DNA of 64,000 nucleotides from Anaerolineae bacterium (GCA_019913005.1 JAIOHL010000190.1:4732-68731), one strand, 5' to 3'. Counted from the stretch's first letter, positions 27,569 through 37,950 are shown. Notes: generated by a model from the letters alone, not told the origin. Numbers and translations: made by a program.

Positions 27569-28336
27569 ATGACCCGAACCTTTGAAGAAAAAAAGCGTGT
27601 ACTTGAATTATGGTCTGAAGGATACAACAAGTTACAGATTGCAAAAGGAACAGGTATTCCTAGAGGAACTGTGCGAGATTGTATTGAACAATTTGGTGAT
27701 GTTGCGACCTTAGAGCGTCGTTATGATGAAGAAAGACTTTTAAATGCGGTATTTTATGTTCAAAATGTGGCCCTCCCACAAATTCAAAAATCATATGCTT
27801 ACCTCTTAGGGTTATATTTGGGAGATGGCATGGTTTCGAAGATTCCCAAGACATATAAATTGAGAATTTTCTTGGATAGCCATTACCCAAATATCGTTAA
27901 CGGTTGTGCCCAAGCCATGCAAACCATTTTACCCACAAACAAAATTGGTATTATTAAGCAGAAGGGAAATTGGTTCGTTGTACAGTGTCATTCAAATGAT
28001 TTGCTTGATCTATTTCCGCAACATGGGCCGGGAATGAAACATTTAAGGAAAATTCAACTAGAAAGCTGGCAACAGGAAATAGTAGATAGATACCCTCTCG
28101 AATTTTTCAAAGGGTTATATCATAGTGATGGTTCTCGTACCCAAAACATTGTTAAGGGGAAGGACTATCGCCGCTATACTTTCACCAATATGTCCGAAGA
28201 TATACGCCAGATGTTCATTCACGCCTGCGAATTGTTGGGATTGCATTGGACGACGAAAACCAGCAAACGTGATATTATGATTTCGCGCCGTGAAGATGTT
28301 GCGTATTTGGACAGCGTGATTGGGCCAAAAAACTAG
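27569..28336 (+). CDS. HTH + double LAGLIDADG-motif protein (homing-endonuclease-like)
   Basis: N-terminal HTH YNKLQIAKGTGIPRGTVRD; motifs YLLGLYLGDG and FFKGLYHSDG; RYTFTNMSEDI. Confidence 0.75.
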   Translation: MTRTFEEKKRVLELWSEGYNKLQIAKGTGIPRGTVRDCIEQFGDVATLERRYDEERLLNAVFYVQNVALPQIQKSYAYLLGLYLGDGMVSKIPKTYKLRIFLDSHYPNIVNGCAQAMQTILPTNKIGIIKQKGNWFVVQCHSNDLLDLFPQHGPGMKHLRKIQLESWQQEIVDRYPLEFFKGLYHSDGSRTQNIVKGKDYRRYTFTNMSEDIRQMFIHACELLGLHWTTKTSKRDIMISRREDVAYLDSVIGPKN

Positions 28337-28348
28337 GCAAACCGACAG

Positions 28349-28750
28349 ATGCGAAATTACCTGCTCACTGGGATGATTACGATTGCTTTGGGGATTGGCG
28401 TGGGTGTCTATATTGGCTGGGTGCAATATCCGGTAGAATATCGCAACAGCTATATGTGCCAGCTTTCCGACAGCTATCAAGAAGAATATACCCTGATGGT
28501 GGCACGCGGCTATCGTGAAGATGGTGATTTAAATAAGGCGCTGGATCGTCTCCAACCCTTACGCGCAGTCGGTGTTCCAGAGTGTGATGATGGACGCAGT
28601 TATCAAATTGACAATATTCCAGAATGGGTGCAAGTATTGACCGAACGTTATATCAGTCAAGGGGCTGACCCAGCGCTTATTCGAGATTTGGTGGCGCTGG
28701 CGGAGGGCTTTGGTCGGCTCACACCCATTATGGAAAGTTTCCGTTCCTAA
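28349..28750 (+). CDS. Membrane-anchored hypothetical protein
   Basis: N-terminal TM; WxxxPV...Y..MVA..Y...GDL..A..RL domain shared with the next gene. Confidence 0.7.
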   Translation: MRNYLLTGMITIALGIGVGVYIGWVQYPVEYRNSYMCQLSDSYQEEYTLMVARGYREDGDLNKALDRLQPLRAVGVPECDDGRSYQIDNIPEWVQVLTERYISQGADPALIRDLVALAEGFGRLTPIMESFRS

Positions 28751-28774
28751 ATATCCCCAAATGTGTGAAAGTGC

Positions 28775-29737
28775 ATGTCTGAAATCAAACCCAACCTCAA
28801 AACCGAGCAACCCGATGCTGACGAAGATTTAATTTATGAGCCGGGGGTGCGCCGAAAACCTCATACGGCTGTTTATGTCGTCATTGGTATCATCGGCTTG
28901 GCAATTGGCTTGGGGGCAGGGTTGTTTTATACATGGCAAGTGGACCCAGTGATTGAGCGCAATACCGGCCCAGATAAGCTGCGCGAAGAAGACCAAATCA
29001 ACTATGTGATTGCGGTAGGGCTTGATTATGCGTATACCGGAAATTTAGACCGGGCCTATAACTTACTGGCACAAGTTGACCCCGGTGGAGATCCTTTTCA
29101 GATTGCTGCTGATGCGGTCTGCACCTTGACCCGACAAGGACGTATACAAACCAGTGCCGATATTCAAGCCATCCGTAATCTAATTGCCATTTTTCAGGGA
29201 CAGCCAGACGTACAGGCCAACTGTGATATAGGGGTTTTTAGTATTTCTAATACGCCAACACCGACCCCACAGATTACACTGCCCACCCCGACGCCAACGC
29301 TACCCCCTATCGCAACCAAGACCGCCACGCCTGAAGTACCGATCGTGCAGGAAACCATTCCCGTCGGCCCGGACGCCACCCAGCCGAGTATTGCGGGAGA
29401 GATGGAGGTAGTCCAACAGCGTCCATTTTGTGATGCCGCCAATCCGGGCATGATTGAGATTTATGTACAGGAAGAAACCAGTATCCAAATTCCGGGTGTT
29501 GCGATTGAAGTGCGTTGGGCGGGGACAGGCGGTCAACAAAGCCAAGTGTTTTATACGGGCCTGAAACCCGAAATTGGGCTTGGGTATGCCGATTTCAAGA
29601 TGGAACCCGGTGTTGCCTATATCGTGAGTCTGCCTAATTATGGCGCGACAACCGAACGACTAGAGGCACGTACTGATGGTTGTGAAAGCGGTGCGGTCAT
29701 TTCCTACGAAATTTATTTTAGAGAGACTACCGACTAA
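28775..29737 (+). CDS. Membrane-anchored hypothetical protein (paralog plus PT linker and beta-rich C-terminal domain)
   Basis: TM, TPTPTP linker, FYTGLKPEIGLGYADFKM. Confidence 0.7.
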   Translation: MSEIKPNLKTEQPDADEDLIYEPGVRRKPHTAVYVVIGIIGLAIGLGAGLFYTWQVDPVIERNTGPDKLREEDQINYVIAVGLDYAYTGNLDRAYNLLAQVDPGGDPFQIAADAVCTLTRQGRIQTSADIQAIRNLIAIFQGQPDVQANCDIGVFSISNTPTPTPQITLPTPTPTLPPIATKTATPEVPIVQETIPVGPDATQPSIAGEMEVVQQRPFCDAANPGMIEIYVQEETSIQIPGVAIEVRWAGTGGQQSQVFYTGLKPEIGLGYADFKMEPGVAYIVSLPNYGATTERLEARTDGCESGAVISYEIYFRETTD

Positions 29738-29742
29738 ACGGA

Positions 29743-31125
29743 GTGTTCATGGCAGACGGCATCTACCGATTTCCCGAAGGCTTCCTGTGGGGCACAGCCA
29801 CCGCCGCCCATCACGTGGAGGGCCATATGAACAATAGCTGGTCGCACTGGGAAGCTATGGAAACGGGCGCGGTCTTTAAAAAGCAAAAAAACGGACGGGC
29901 CTGCGAATGGTGGGATGGTCGCTGGGTCGAAGATTTTGACCGGATGCAGTATCTCGGCCATAACACCCATCGCCTGTCGGTGGAATGGAGTCGTATTCAA
30001 CCCGAACCAGATAAAATTGATGAATCCGCCCTGCAAAAATATCGTGAGATGCTGGAAGGGCTGCAAAAACGCGGGATGCGCCCAATGGTGACACTGCATC
30101 ATTTCACCAACCCGATGTGGCTGGAAAATGAAGGCGGCTGGCTGGCGAATTCGATTGTTGACCGCTTTATTAAATTTACCGAAACAGTGGTGGATGCCCT
30201 CGGTGATTTAAATGATTTCTGGTGTACGTTCAATGAGCCGATGGTTTACGCAGTGCAAGCCTATCTGGTAGCGATGTTTTACCCCGGCAAACGCAATCCC
30301 TATAAGATGTATCGCTGCGCCGAATTGATGCTGCGTGCCCATGCTGGAGCGTATGAGGTCATTAAATCGCGCTACCCGAATGCGCTGGTGGGTGTTGCCA
30401 AACATTTGCTAAAAATTGATCCCCTGCCACCCAAACCCATCAATGGAATGCCGATTAAGCTGGTGGAAAGTGTTTTCCATCGGGCATTTTTGGAGGCTAT
30501 GGTAACGGGTGAATTGCGCCTGCCTCTGCGAAAATCGGTGGTCATTCCGAATTTGGCGGGTACTTACGATTACGCGGGTCTGAATTTCTATCAGCGGTAT
30601 CGGGGTGGATTTGCGCCCCTTAGCCCCAAAACATTTTTCCTCAAACAAGTGCCGGATGATGAATCCCCACCCTCGCCGCCGATGTGGGGTGAGATTTATC
30701 CACAGGGGACATTCGAGCGTATCAACTATATTTGGAATATGATGCGGAAGCCGATTTACATTACTGAGACGGGTACACCCGATGAAGGGGATAATGTCCG
30801 CCCTTGGTATATTGCGCGGATGGTTCACAGTGTTTGGCAGGCCATCAATTTTAATGTGCCTGTGCGCGGCATTTATTATTGGACGCTGCTGGATAATTTC
30901 GAGTGGACGGCGGGTTATAACCCCCAGTTTCGTTTTGGCCTCTACGCCACCAATTTTGAAACGCAAGAACGTACCATCCGCCAAAGTGGTGAATTTTTCC
31001 GTGAGATTTCGCTGGCAAATGGGCTTTCGAGTGAGATGATACGCAAGTATGTCCCGCAGTTGGAGGAAAAATTGTTCCCCGGCGCACCCGGTCAAAAAGA
31101 GGTGAAATTACCAAGCCGAGCCTAA
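29743..31125 (+). CDS. Glycoside hydrolase family 1 (beta-glucosidase-like)
   Basis: FPEGFLWGTATAAHHVEG, RLSVEWSRIQP, TFNEP, ITETG, WTLLDNFEW. Confidence 0.95.
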   Translation: MFMADGIYRFPEGFLWGTATAAHHVEGHMNNSWSHWEAMETGAVFKKQKNGRACEWWDGRWVEDFDRMQYLGHNTHRLSVEWSRIQPEPDKIDESALQKYREMLEGLQKRGMRPMVTLHHFTNPMWLENEGGWLANSIVDRFIKFTETVVDALGDLNDFWCTFNEPMVYAVQAYLVAMFYPGKRNPYKMYRCAELMLRAHAGAYEVIKSRYPNALVGVAKHLLKIDPLPPKPINGMPIKLVESVFHRAFLEAMVTGELRLPLRKSVVIPNLAGTYDYAGLNFYQRYRGGFAPLSPKTFFLKQVPDDESPPSPPMWGEIYPQGTFERINYIWNMMRKPIYITETGTPDEGDNVRPWYIARMVHSVWQAINFNVPVRGIYYWTLLDNFEWTAGYNPQFRFGLYATNFETQERTIRQSGEFFREISLANGLSSEMIRKYVPQLEEKLFPGAPGQKEVKLPSRA

Positions 31126-31685
31126 CTGAAAATCGCTTTGAGTTCGATCACCTGACCCAATACCGCCGATTGGAAATGCTCATCTGGCCCAAAGACGCCG
31201 AGTTGAACGAATTTTTGGTCAACTAATTGCCATACTTCAATAAATTGTGCTGCCGGGTCTACCATCCAATATTCGCGTACCCCGTATTTTTCGTACAGCT
31301 TGAATTTTTTGCCACGATCCAAGCGGGCTGTGCTGGGGGATAGCACTTCAATGATAAAGTCGGGCGCTCCGTACCAATAGCCTTCGACCAATCTACAATG
31401 GTCATTTTCAGGACTAACCCAAAATAAATCGGGCTGTACTGCGTTGATTTCATCAAGGTAAACATCCATTGGGGCAAAACGAACATATCCGCCTTTTAAT
31501 AGCGGCTTTACCAAAGAAAACGTTGCCTGTAACACATCTTGATGCGGATCTTCAGGAGAAGGAGCCATAATTACCTCGCCATCAATGAGTTGCATGGGAA
31601 GCTTGGTTTCGGGCAACATCTGATATTCGGTGACGGTCATGCGTTGTGTCGTTGCGACTTCGGGCGACTTGATTTGATCTACCAT
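31122..31685 (-). CDS. Uma2 family endonuclease
   Basis: QLIDGEVIMAPSP, VQPDL, APDFIIEVLSPST, GVREYWMVDP; SD GAGGT. Confidence 0.92.
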   Translation of the reverse strand: MVDQIKSPEVATTQRMTVTEYQMLPETKLPMQLIDGEVIMAPSPEDPHQDVLQATFSLVKPLLKGGYVRFAPMDVYLDEINAVQPDLFWVSPENDHCRLVEGYWYGAPDFIIEVLSPSTARLDRGKKFKLYEKYGVREYWMVDPAAQFIEVWQLVDQKFVQLGVFGPDEHFQSAVLGQVIELKAIFS

Positions 31686-31846
31686 GATCCACCTCAAATC
31701 TTTATTTCTTTGTCTCATTATGCCACAATGAGAGTATTTATGCCGGATAATTGTAGAAGGGCGACGGGGTGGCTTTTTATGTCTTGCCGTAAATAGCACA
31801 AATGAGTTATCCTGAAAAGTGAAACGAAATTCTAACAAGGGTTATC

Positions 31847-32308
31847 ATGGCTCAAGAAACTGACCCTCAACAAAATGAACTCGCCCAAATCTTGCATCAG
31901 GCGGGTTATAAATACACGACGCCACGCCGCTTGGTGGCGGAGGTGTTGTTGGAATCGCATACCCATCTTTCTGCACCGGAAGTGGTGGATCGTGTGGCAG
32001 AGCGGGATGCCTCGATTGGACGGATGAGCGTCTATCGCACCCTCGATTTGTTCACCCGGCTCGGCCTGATTCATCCGGCGTTTCAAGGTGGGGTGAATGC
32101 GCGTTATGTGGTCATGGTTGGCGGGCATCACCATCATCTAATTTGTCAGAACTGCGGCAAGGTCATGCACTTTGATGAATGCCCCCTGCGTGATTTGACA
32201 CGCTATCTCGAAAGCCAATTTGGATTTTCGATTGAGGGTCATCTGCTAGAGTTCTTTGGCCGCTGTGCCGACTGCCGAAATCAAGAGGTAGCTGCCGTTG
32301 CTGAATGA
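31847..32308 (+). CDS. Fur family regulator (Zur-like)
   Basis: HLSAPEV, SVYRTLDLF, HHHHLICQNCG, CADC. Confidence 0.92.
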   Translation: MAQETDPQQNELAQILHQAGYKYTTPRRLVAEVLLESHTHLSAPEVVDRVAERDASIGRMSVYRTLDLFTRLGLIHPAFQGGVNARYVVMVGGHHHHLICQNCGKVMHFDECPLRDLTRYLESQFGFSIEGHLLEFFGRCADCRNQEVAAVAE

Positions 32309-33011
32309 TACTTTGCGCTGGGAAATTGTCTGCGCCGCGTGTGGTTGGGAGGCACGCCTCGAGGCCCTTGTCCCATTCAGCGAAAATGGCAGTGGCCTAA
32401 TTAATGGGCTGTGGGAGGAATATATCTGCCCCAATCATTTAGAAGTTGGCCGACGGGCAGTGTATGTCGTGGCAGAATGGGAACACGGGGTGGATGTTGA
32501 AACGGCCTATATCCGCTATTTTTCAAGCGAGACCCAAACAGTGCCTGTACCCAAATGTTCCATTTGCAAACGGACGATGCAAGGTGGACAGGTGTTGAAT
32601 CGGCTACCCTTCTACTTGCGCCCCCAACTCGAAATACATACTTGGAAACTGAAGCAGCTTGAAAATTTGCGGCGCATGGTCGCAGCCGAGCAGCAGGCCG
32701 TTCGCCAAGAGAAACAAACATCCGAACAAGCCCAATCACTGCTTGAGGCCGAAGTCTTGGCGATTCAGCGATTTTTTACCGGATTCCGGGAACAACTGGG
32801 CCTCACCACCCCAACCACGCTCTTAAACGAGGATTATTTTCCGACCTCCCTGCCCAAATGGGAGACAGCAGTCAAAGCGGCCATTGAAGAATCCGAAACG
32901 CGCTTACAGCAGCTTCAAAAACGGCAGGCCGAGGAAGCGACTAAGCCGCCAGTATCCTGCCCAAAATGCCATACCAAAAGCGTCTATCTCCGAAGCGCCA
33001 ATCTATTTTGA
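32298..33011 (+). CDS. Hypothetical zinc-binding/coiled-coil protein
   Basis: CAAC, CPNH, CSIC, CPKC with a Q/E/K-rich helical segment between the last two. Confidence 0.65.
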   Translation: MLNDTLRWEIVCAACGWEARLEALVPFSENGSGLINGLWEEYICPNHLEVGRRAVYVVAEWEHGVDVETAYIRYFSSETQTVPVPKCSICKRTMQGGQVLNRLPFYLRPQLEIHTWKLKQLENLRRMVAAEQQAVRQEKQTSEQAQSLLEAEVLAIQRFFTGFREQLGLTTPTTLLNEDYFPTSLPKWETAVKAAIEESETRLQQLQKRQAEEATKPPVSCPKCHTKSVYLRSANLF

Positions 33012-33031
33012 GTGGAAGGGACTGTGTTCCG

Positions 33032-33682
33032 ATGAGTACCCGCATTCAGATTCCAACCCATGCCGATCCACGCGAATTCTGGTCAGGTGGCACTTATGAA
33101 CTCAATTTAAGTTATGACACCCTGCGCGATAACCAATGGTCGCGTTTATTGGAGTCGTTTTGGTCAATAGATGGTGTCTATGGGCCATACGAAGATCGCT
33201 ACACCCCCGGTCAAGCCGAATCTGCCCGCACCAAAATTCGCTATCCCACCCCCACCGATACCTACAGCCAATATGGAATTGTGAGTGTGGATGAGGTGCA
33301 TTTGGGCTTTGAGGTATTAGCCACGCGCTCGATTTTTGAAGGATTTTCGGTACATCTGCCAGCGGGGATGGTGGTTACGACAGCAGCACTAGAAAATCCT
33401 AAAGTGGCGGTGCGGGTTCGGGAAGCTGTAGAGGACGCTTATCGGTTTGTGGCGCTGCGGATGTACGAAGCCATGCCATTTGTGATTGGCAGTTTTGATT
33501 TTAATGGGGAGTGTTATCTGGTAGATGAATTAGCTGCCGATGTTGCTGCCCGTGATAAATTTTTCCTATCGGGAAATTGTTTTATCCAAGACATTGCCCT
33601 GCGTAAATTGGGCCGCCATCCCGATGATTTTGAACAAGTGGCAAACGGATTACGCTGGTTGCCAGCGGGGGGAGGGGAATAG
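33032..33682 (+). CDS. Hypothetical protein
   Basis: 216-aa ORF abutting nurA. Confidence 0.65.
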   Translation: MSTRIQIPTHADPREFWSGGTYELNLSYDTLRDNQWSRLLESFWSIDGVYGPYEDRYTPGQAESARTKIRYPTPTDTYSQYGIVSVDEVHLGFEVLATRSIFEGFSVHLPAGMVVTTAALENPKVAVRVREAVEDAYRFVALRMYEAMPFVIGSFDFNGECYLVDELAADVAARDKFFLSGNCFIQDIALRKLGRHPDDFEQVANGLRWLPAGGGE

Positions 33683-34936
33683 ATGGCACTCGAATATGCC
33701 AAAGTGCTGCCCCAAGTCCAAAAGATGGGGCGTGCCCTGTCCTATAAAATGGAGGACATCAGCGAACGGGGTCAGCGGGCGTTTGATGAGTTCATGGAGT
33801 TAAATGACAACGTGGCGATTTACGAGCGCATTCAGTTGGCCCGTGACCGTGACGCTGGCTATCGTGGGGCCGCGCCGATTTCGATAGATGGTGAATTGTT
33901 GACAGGCCGCTATGAACTGCCCAAAGCTCCAGATAAAGCCACGATTGTTGCCGTAGATGGGTCGCAAATTTACCCCGATATTCACGGAGCGGCCTTTTAT
34001 TATTTGACCAATATTGGGCGTTTTACCTTTTATCATGGCGATAATCAACTGCCCCAAGAATACAGCGAACCTGTGTTGTATTATGCTGATTCGGACATCC
34101 GCGACCCACACGACCAATTAATCACCAACGCGACAGTCAATGCACGGCGCACCGTCGGTGAAATGCAGGCTTTGGCGAATGCGGCATGGAGTCACCGCGA
34201 TAACAACCAAGCAATTCTGGCGCTCTCCGATGGGCCACTGTTGTTCTGGTTGGGGCGAGATGTGCCGGAATCAAATCTGCTCGAAAAAGATTATCATGGC
34301 GCGATGGTGCATCTGCATGATACCCACACCGCCACCTTTACCCGCCATCAACACAACACCAGCCTTGCCGGATATATTGACCGCCCCACCAGCCGTTTTG
34401 TAGTCGCCCTGCTGCATCTGCTCTCGCTGAATGAGGAAGATGTGCGGCGCTCGGTGTTGCAAACCCCCGGTGATTACGAAGGGCTGGACGATCAATGGCT
34501 GTTTAAGCGGATTTTGAAGCCGGGGGAACGTTCGGCCTTGATGATTCAGCAAAGCCCCCAGAACAAAAATTATCGTAATTTGATTGGCGAAAGTCATGAG
34601 ATTGTCTATTTCTATCTGAACGTGGGACGGCATGGGAATGCCCATTTGGGCCGGGTCGAAATCCCGATGTGGGTGGCACGATCCCGTGAAGCGGTCAATG
34701 AAGTTCATGCGCTGATTATTGGGCAGTGTCAGATGATGGGGAATTATCCGTATGCGCTGACCCGTGCCGACGAAATCGCGGTCATTCGCACTCCTGAACG
34801 GGCCATGCTGGAAGAATTGATTCGCACGGAACTGCTGCGCCATAAACATGAAATCGAAGAATCCGCCAAGCTGACGGGCAAGCTGCAAACCCGTGCAGGC
34901 CGCCAATCCTTTGGACAGTTCAATAAAAAACGCTAG
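33683..34936 (+). CDS. nurA: NurA domain nuclease
   Basis: IVAVDGSQ, LSDGPL, LAGYIDRP, GRVEIPMWV, YPYALTRADEIAVI. Confidence 0.85.
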   Translation: MALEYAKVLPQVQKMGRALSYKMEDISERGQRAFDEFMELNDNVAIYERIQLARDRDAGYRGAAPISIDGELLTGRYELPKAPDKATIVAVDGSQIYPDIHGAAFYYLTNIGRFTFYHGDNQLPQEYSEPVLYYADSDIRDPHDQLITNATVNARRTVGEMQALANAAWSHRDNNQAILALSDGPLLFWLGRDVPESNLLEKDYHGAMVHLHDTHTATFTRHQHNTSLAGYIDRPTSRFVVALLHLLSLNEEDVRRSVLQTPGDYEGLDDQWLFKRILKPGERSALMIQQSPQNKNYRNLIGESHEIVYFYLNVGRHGNAHLGRVEIPMWVARSREAVNEVHALIIGQCQMMGNYPYALTRADEIAVIRTPERAMLEELIRTELLRHKHEIEESAKLTGKLQTRAGRQSFGQFNKKR

Positions 34937-34945
34937 AGGTGAACT

Positions 34946-35545
34946 ATGGAAGCATTTGAAATTGGGCATGTCTTACGGGCCAGCACCGAAGGGTTCACTT
35001 TTGGGACACGTAGCCAAGATGTGTTATATCCCACATTTGGCTCGTTTGTGCAGAGCTATAACCAGCACAGCAATGACGATTTGACCATTATCGGTGTCAT
35101 TACGTCCATCAAGATTCAGGATGACCCGTTGGTGCGGCAGTTGATTATGGCAAGTGATATGAACCCGGCGGCGGTGCGCGATCAGCGGGTGAATCGGCTT
35201 GTACCCGTCGAGATTGATGTGCTGAGTATTGCCTATGTACAGGATGCCCGGCTATTTAACAGCTTGCCACCACGCCCACCGTTAAGCCTTGATCCGGTCA
35301 TGTTGTGCAATACCGACCAGATTTATGTGATTACACAGCAAATAGACTTTTTTAGGCTGATTTTGAGTGCTGGTGGGGTGCCAAATAATATTGAATTGTT
35401 GGCGGCGACGATTCGGAGCGCGGCGGACGCACGGCCTGATGATGAGCGTTTGGAGTTTTTGGTGAATGCGGGACGCAACTTGGCAGGGTTATTGAGTAAT
35501 GATTTGCAAATGCTAAAACATGCCTTACAGTTGATACGGCCCTAA
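34946..35545 (+). CDS. HAS-barrel domain protein (stand-alone)
   Basis: IGHVLRASTEGF, PTFGSFV, LPPRPPLSLDPV; directly after nurA. Confidence 0.7.
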   Translation: MEAFEIGHVLRASTEGFTFGTRSQDVLYPTFGSFVQSYNQHSNDDLTIIGVITSIKIQDDPLVRQLIMASDMNPAAVRDQRVNRLVPVEIDVLSIAYVQDARLFNSLPPRPPLSLDPVMLCNTDQIYVITQQIDFFRLILSAGGVPNNIELLAATIRSAADARPDDERLEFLVNAGRNLAGLLSNDLQMLKHALQLIRP

Positions 35546-35713
35546 GCTAACGCTGCTGTGTGTATGGACGATGAAACGGTATGCACTTGTCAAGTGGTGT
35601 CATTTGATATAAGTGAGCGCCATAGGTGTCCGTTCGGAATGCAAAATTCTGGTATGGGCTGATTTATTTTATGATGCTCACCATTTGCATTTTCAATATT
35701 CTCAGTTTTAAGG

Positions 35714-36814
35714 CTAGCTCGTAGAGCTTGCTTGTTCATAAATGATTTTCCAGATGATAATCTGTCCATTCTCATCTGTAGTCACCAATATATCTCTGGT
35801 TGGACTCCAATCAAGCGAATCCAAGCGAGCAGGATAATCCATTGTTCCTATGAACTGACCACTAGTATTCCAAAACATTATTCCCGCAATGTAATCAATG
35901 TTACTGCCGCCCACACTTGCAATAAGTGGTTGCAATGGACTAAGGACAATGTCACTCAAATTACCGAATCTTTCAGCAGGTTCATCATATACATGAACAG
36001 TATTTGAGGAAATATCCCATGCAATCAAGCGGCAGTTCATGTACTCGCAACGCAGACCCCAAATGCCTGTTCCCTCCAAATTCCATGCAGTCCGGTAGTG
36101 GAAGTAAAAATTGTCCACACCTTCTAAGCGATAGGCTTCTTGGTAGGTCTCTGTATCCCAGACCTGCCACATATTATCTAAGCTCTCTTGGTAAACATCC
36201 GTTACCAAATCAGCAGTCAGTAAATATTTTCCGTCGGGCGACCAGCTTACAATGAAAACGTCATTTGGAGCAGGCTCAAGTTGCGTGACCAAATCTCCAT
36301 CCAATGTCCAGATTGAGGCAGTTTTTTCAGGATCATGACCATGTGCAATGGCGAGTTTAGTGCCATCAGGACTCCAAGCAATGTCAGTTCCGCGCCCCGT
36401 TCCTTCAATAATAGATAGCTCCCCATTGCTCATGTCCCAAATATGCACAAAATCCATATCATAGGCTTCATAGGTGCTTGCTAAAAGTGTCCCATCAGGA
36501 TTCCATGCTAAATAAACGTCAGTATTATCGGTGAAAAGGCCGGGGGGTTCAAAAGTGTATAGCAATTCACCTGTTTGTGCATTCCAAATCTTGATGAGCG
36601 GACATGGCTGCTTTGGCTCAACAGCGGCGATTCTACGACCATCAGGACTCCAAGTAGTTTCAGTTAGTGGAGCTTCATTGTCTATTGTCAAAACAATTTC
36701 ATATTCGAACTCTGGTTTCTGAGCTTGGATTGTTGCTGGACTAGGCACAAGTCGAATGGAAAGAGCCAAAATGAATCCAATTGCAACAAGGCATGATCTC
36801 GTTAAGATCTTCAT
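35714..36814 (-). CDS. Secreted WD40 beta-propeller protein
   Basis: Signal peptide; repeated WSPDG/WNPDG and IWD/IWN motifs; AT-richer. Confidence 0.85.
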   Translation of the reverse strand: MKILTRSCLVAIGFILALSIRLVPSPATIQAQKPEFEYEIVLTIDNEAPLTETTWSPDGRRIAAVEPKQPCPLIKIWNAQTGELLYTFEPPGLFTDNTDVYLAWNPDGTLLASTYEAYDMDFVHIWDMSNGELSIIEGTGRGTDIAWSPDGTKLAIAHGHDPEKTASIWTLDGDLVTQLEPAPNDVFIVSWSPDGKYLLTADLVTDVYQESLDNMWQVWDTETYQEAYRLEGVDNFYFHYRTAWNLEGTGIWGLRCEYMNCRLIAWDISSNTVHVYDEPAERFGNLSDIVLSPLQPLIASVGGSNIDYIAGIMFWNTSGQFIGTMDYPARLDSLDWSPTRDILVTTDENGQIIIWKIIYEQASSTS

Positions 36815-36857
36815 CTAAAGCGTCCTTCACATTATCGCTATTGGAAGGGGAGCAATA

Positions 36858-37256
36858 TTATTCTGAAAGGACGGCGGTGACCTCGATTTCGACCAAGAGG
36901 CGCGAGTCAATCAGGGCGCTCACCTCGACCATTGTTGCCGCAGGACGGATGTCGCGGAAAAATTCGCCATGCGCCTTGCCAATGGCTTCCCAATCTGCAA
37001 CGTTGATGACAAACATGCGGGTTCGCACGACATCATGCAGACTAGCCCCGGCCTCTTTTAAGGCTTTTTCGATTTTGGTGAAGATGAATTTGGTCTGTTC
37101 ATAGGGGTCAGACCCGCCGATGACATGACCCTGTTCATCAACGGCGGTTGTGCCAGCGACCTCGATGATATTGCCGATCCGCACCGCCCGTGAATAGCCG
37201 ACGATGCTTTCCCATTGCGTACCAGAGGAAACATTGATGCGGTTGGTTTTGGTCAT
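36858..37256 (-). CDS. RidA/YjgF family protein
   Basis: [38 protein letters not shown]. Confidence 0.92.
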   Translation of the reverse strand: MTKTNRINVSSGTQWESIVGYSRAVRIGNIIEVAGTTAVDEQGHVIGGSDPYEQTKFIFTKIEKALKEAGASLHDVVRTRMFVINVADWEAIGKAHGEFFRDIRPAATMVEVSALIDSRLLVEIEVTAVLSE

Positions 37257-37260
37257 GGGC

Positions 37261-37950
37261 CTATTCTTCCGAGGTTGGCCCTTCGCTGTCAGTGGGGACA
37301 TAACGTTCAATGTGATGCTTGACGGCAAACACGGCGGCCTCGGCGCGATTGGCGACATGCAGGGTGCTGAGAATCTTGCCGACGTAGTTACGGACTGTGC
37401 CTTCACCTAAATAGAGCTTTTGGGCGATTTCACGATTGGTCAGGCCGCGTGCAATCAAGGCAAGGATGTGCAGTTCACGTTCGCTGAGTTCGGCAAAGGC
37501 GGAGGCTTCTTTGATATGGGCCGCTTCACGCACTTCATTCAGCAGGCTCTTGGTGACGGCGGTATCAATGACAGCATCCCCGGCAGCAACGGCGCGGATG
37601 TCATCAATCAATTTGCCGCTGTCTACCCGTTTGAGGACATAACCGACTGCCCCGGCACGAATGGCATCCATAACGAGTTCGTCTTCGGCATAGGAGGTTA
37701 ACATGACTACTTTAATTCTTGCTTTGTTTTTCAGAATTTGCTCACAGGCCTCAATGCCAGAAATACCCCCCGGCATCCGGATGTCCATGAGCACAATGTC
37801 TGGTTCATAGGTCAGGGCAAGCTGAACGGCTTCTTCGCCACTATTGGCCTCGGCCACCACAGAGAATTCGGCTTCGTTTTCCAATAATGCTTTGAGTCCG
37901 GCCCGCACGACCGCATGATCGTCGGCGATGATGATTCGTAAATGAGACAC
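37261..37950 (-). CDS. NarL/LuxR-family response regulator
   Basis: [22 protein letters not shown]...GLTNREIA...TVRNY; GTG start with SD. Confidence 0.95.
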   Translation of the reverse strand: MSHLRIIIADDHAVVRAGLKALLENEAEFSVVAEANSGEEAVQLALTYEPDIVLMDIRMPGGISGIEACEQILKNKARIKVVMLTSYAEDELVMDAIRAGAVGYVLKRVDSGKLIDDIRAVAAGDAVIDTAVTKSLLNEVREAAHIKEASAFAELSERELHILALIARGLTNREIAQKLYLGEGTVRNYVGKILSTLHVANRAEAAVFAVKHHIERYVPTDSEGPTSEE

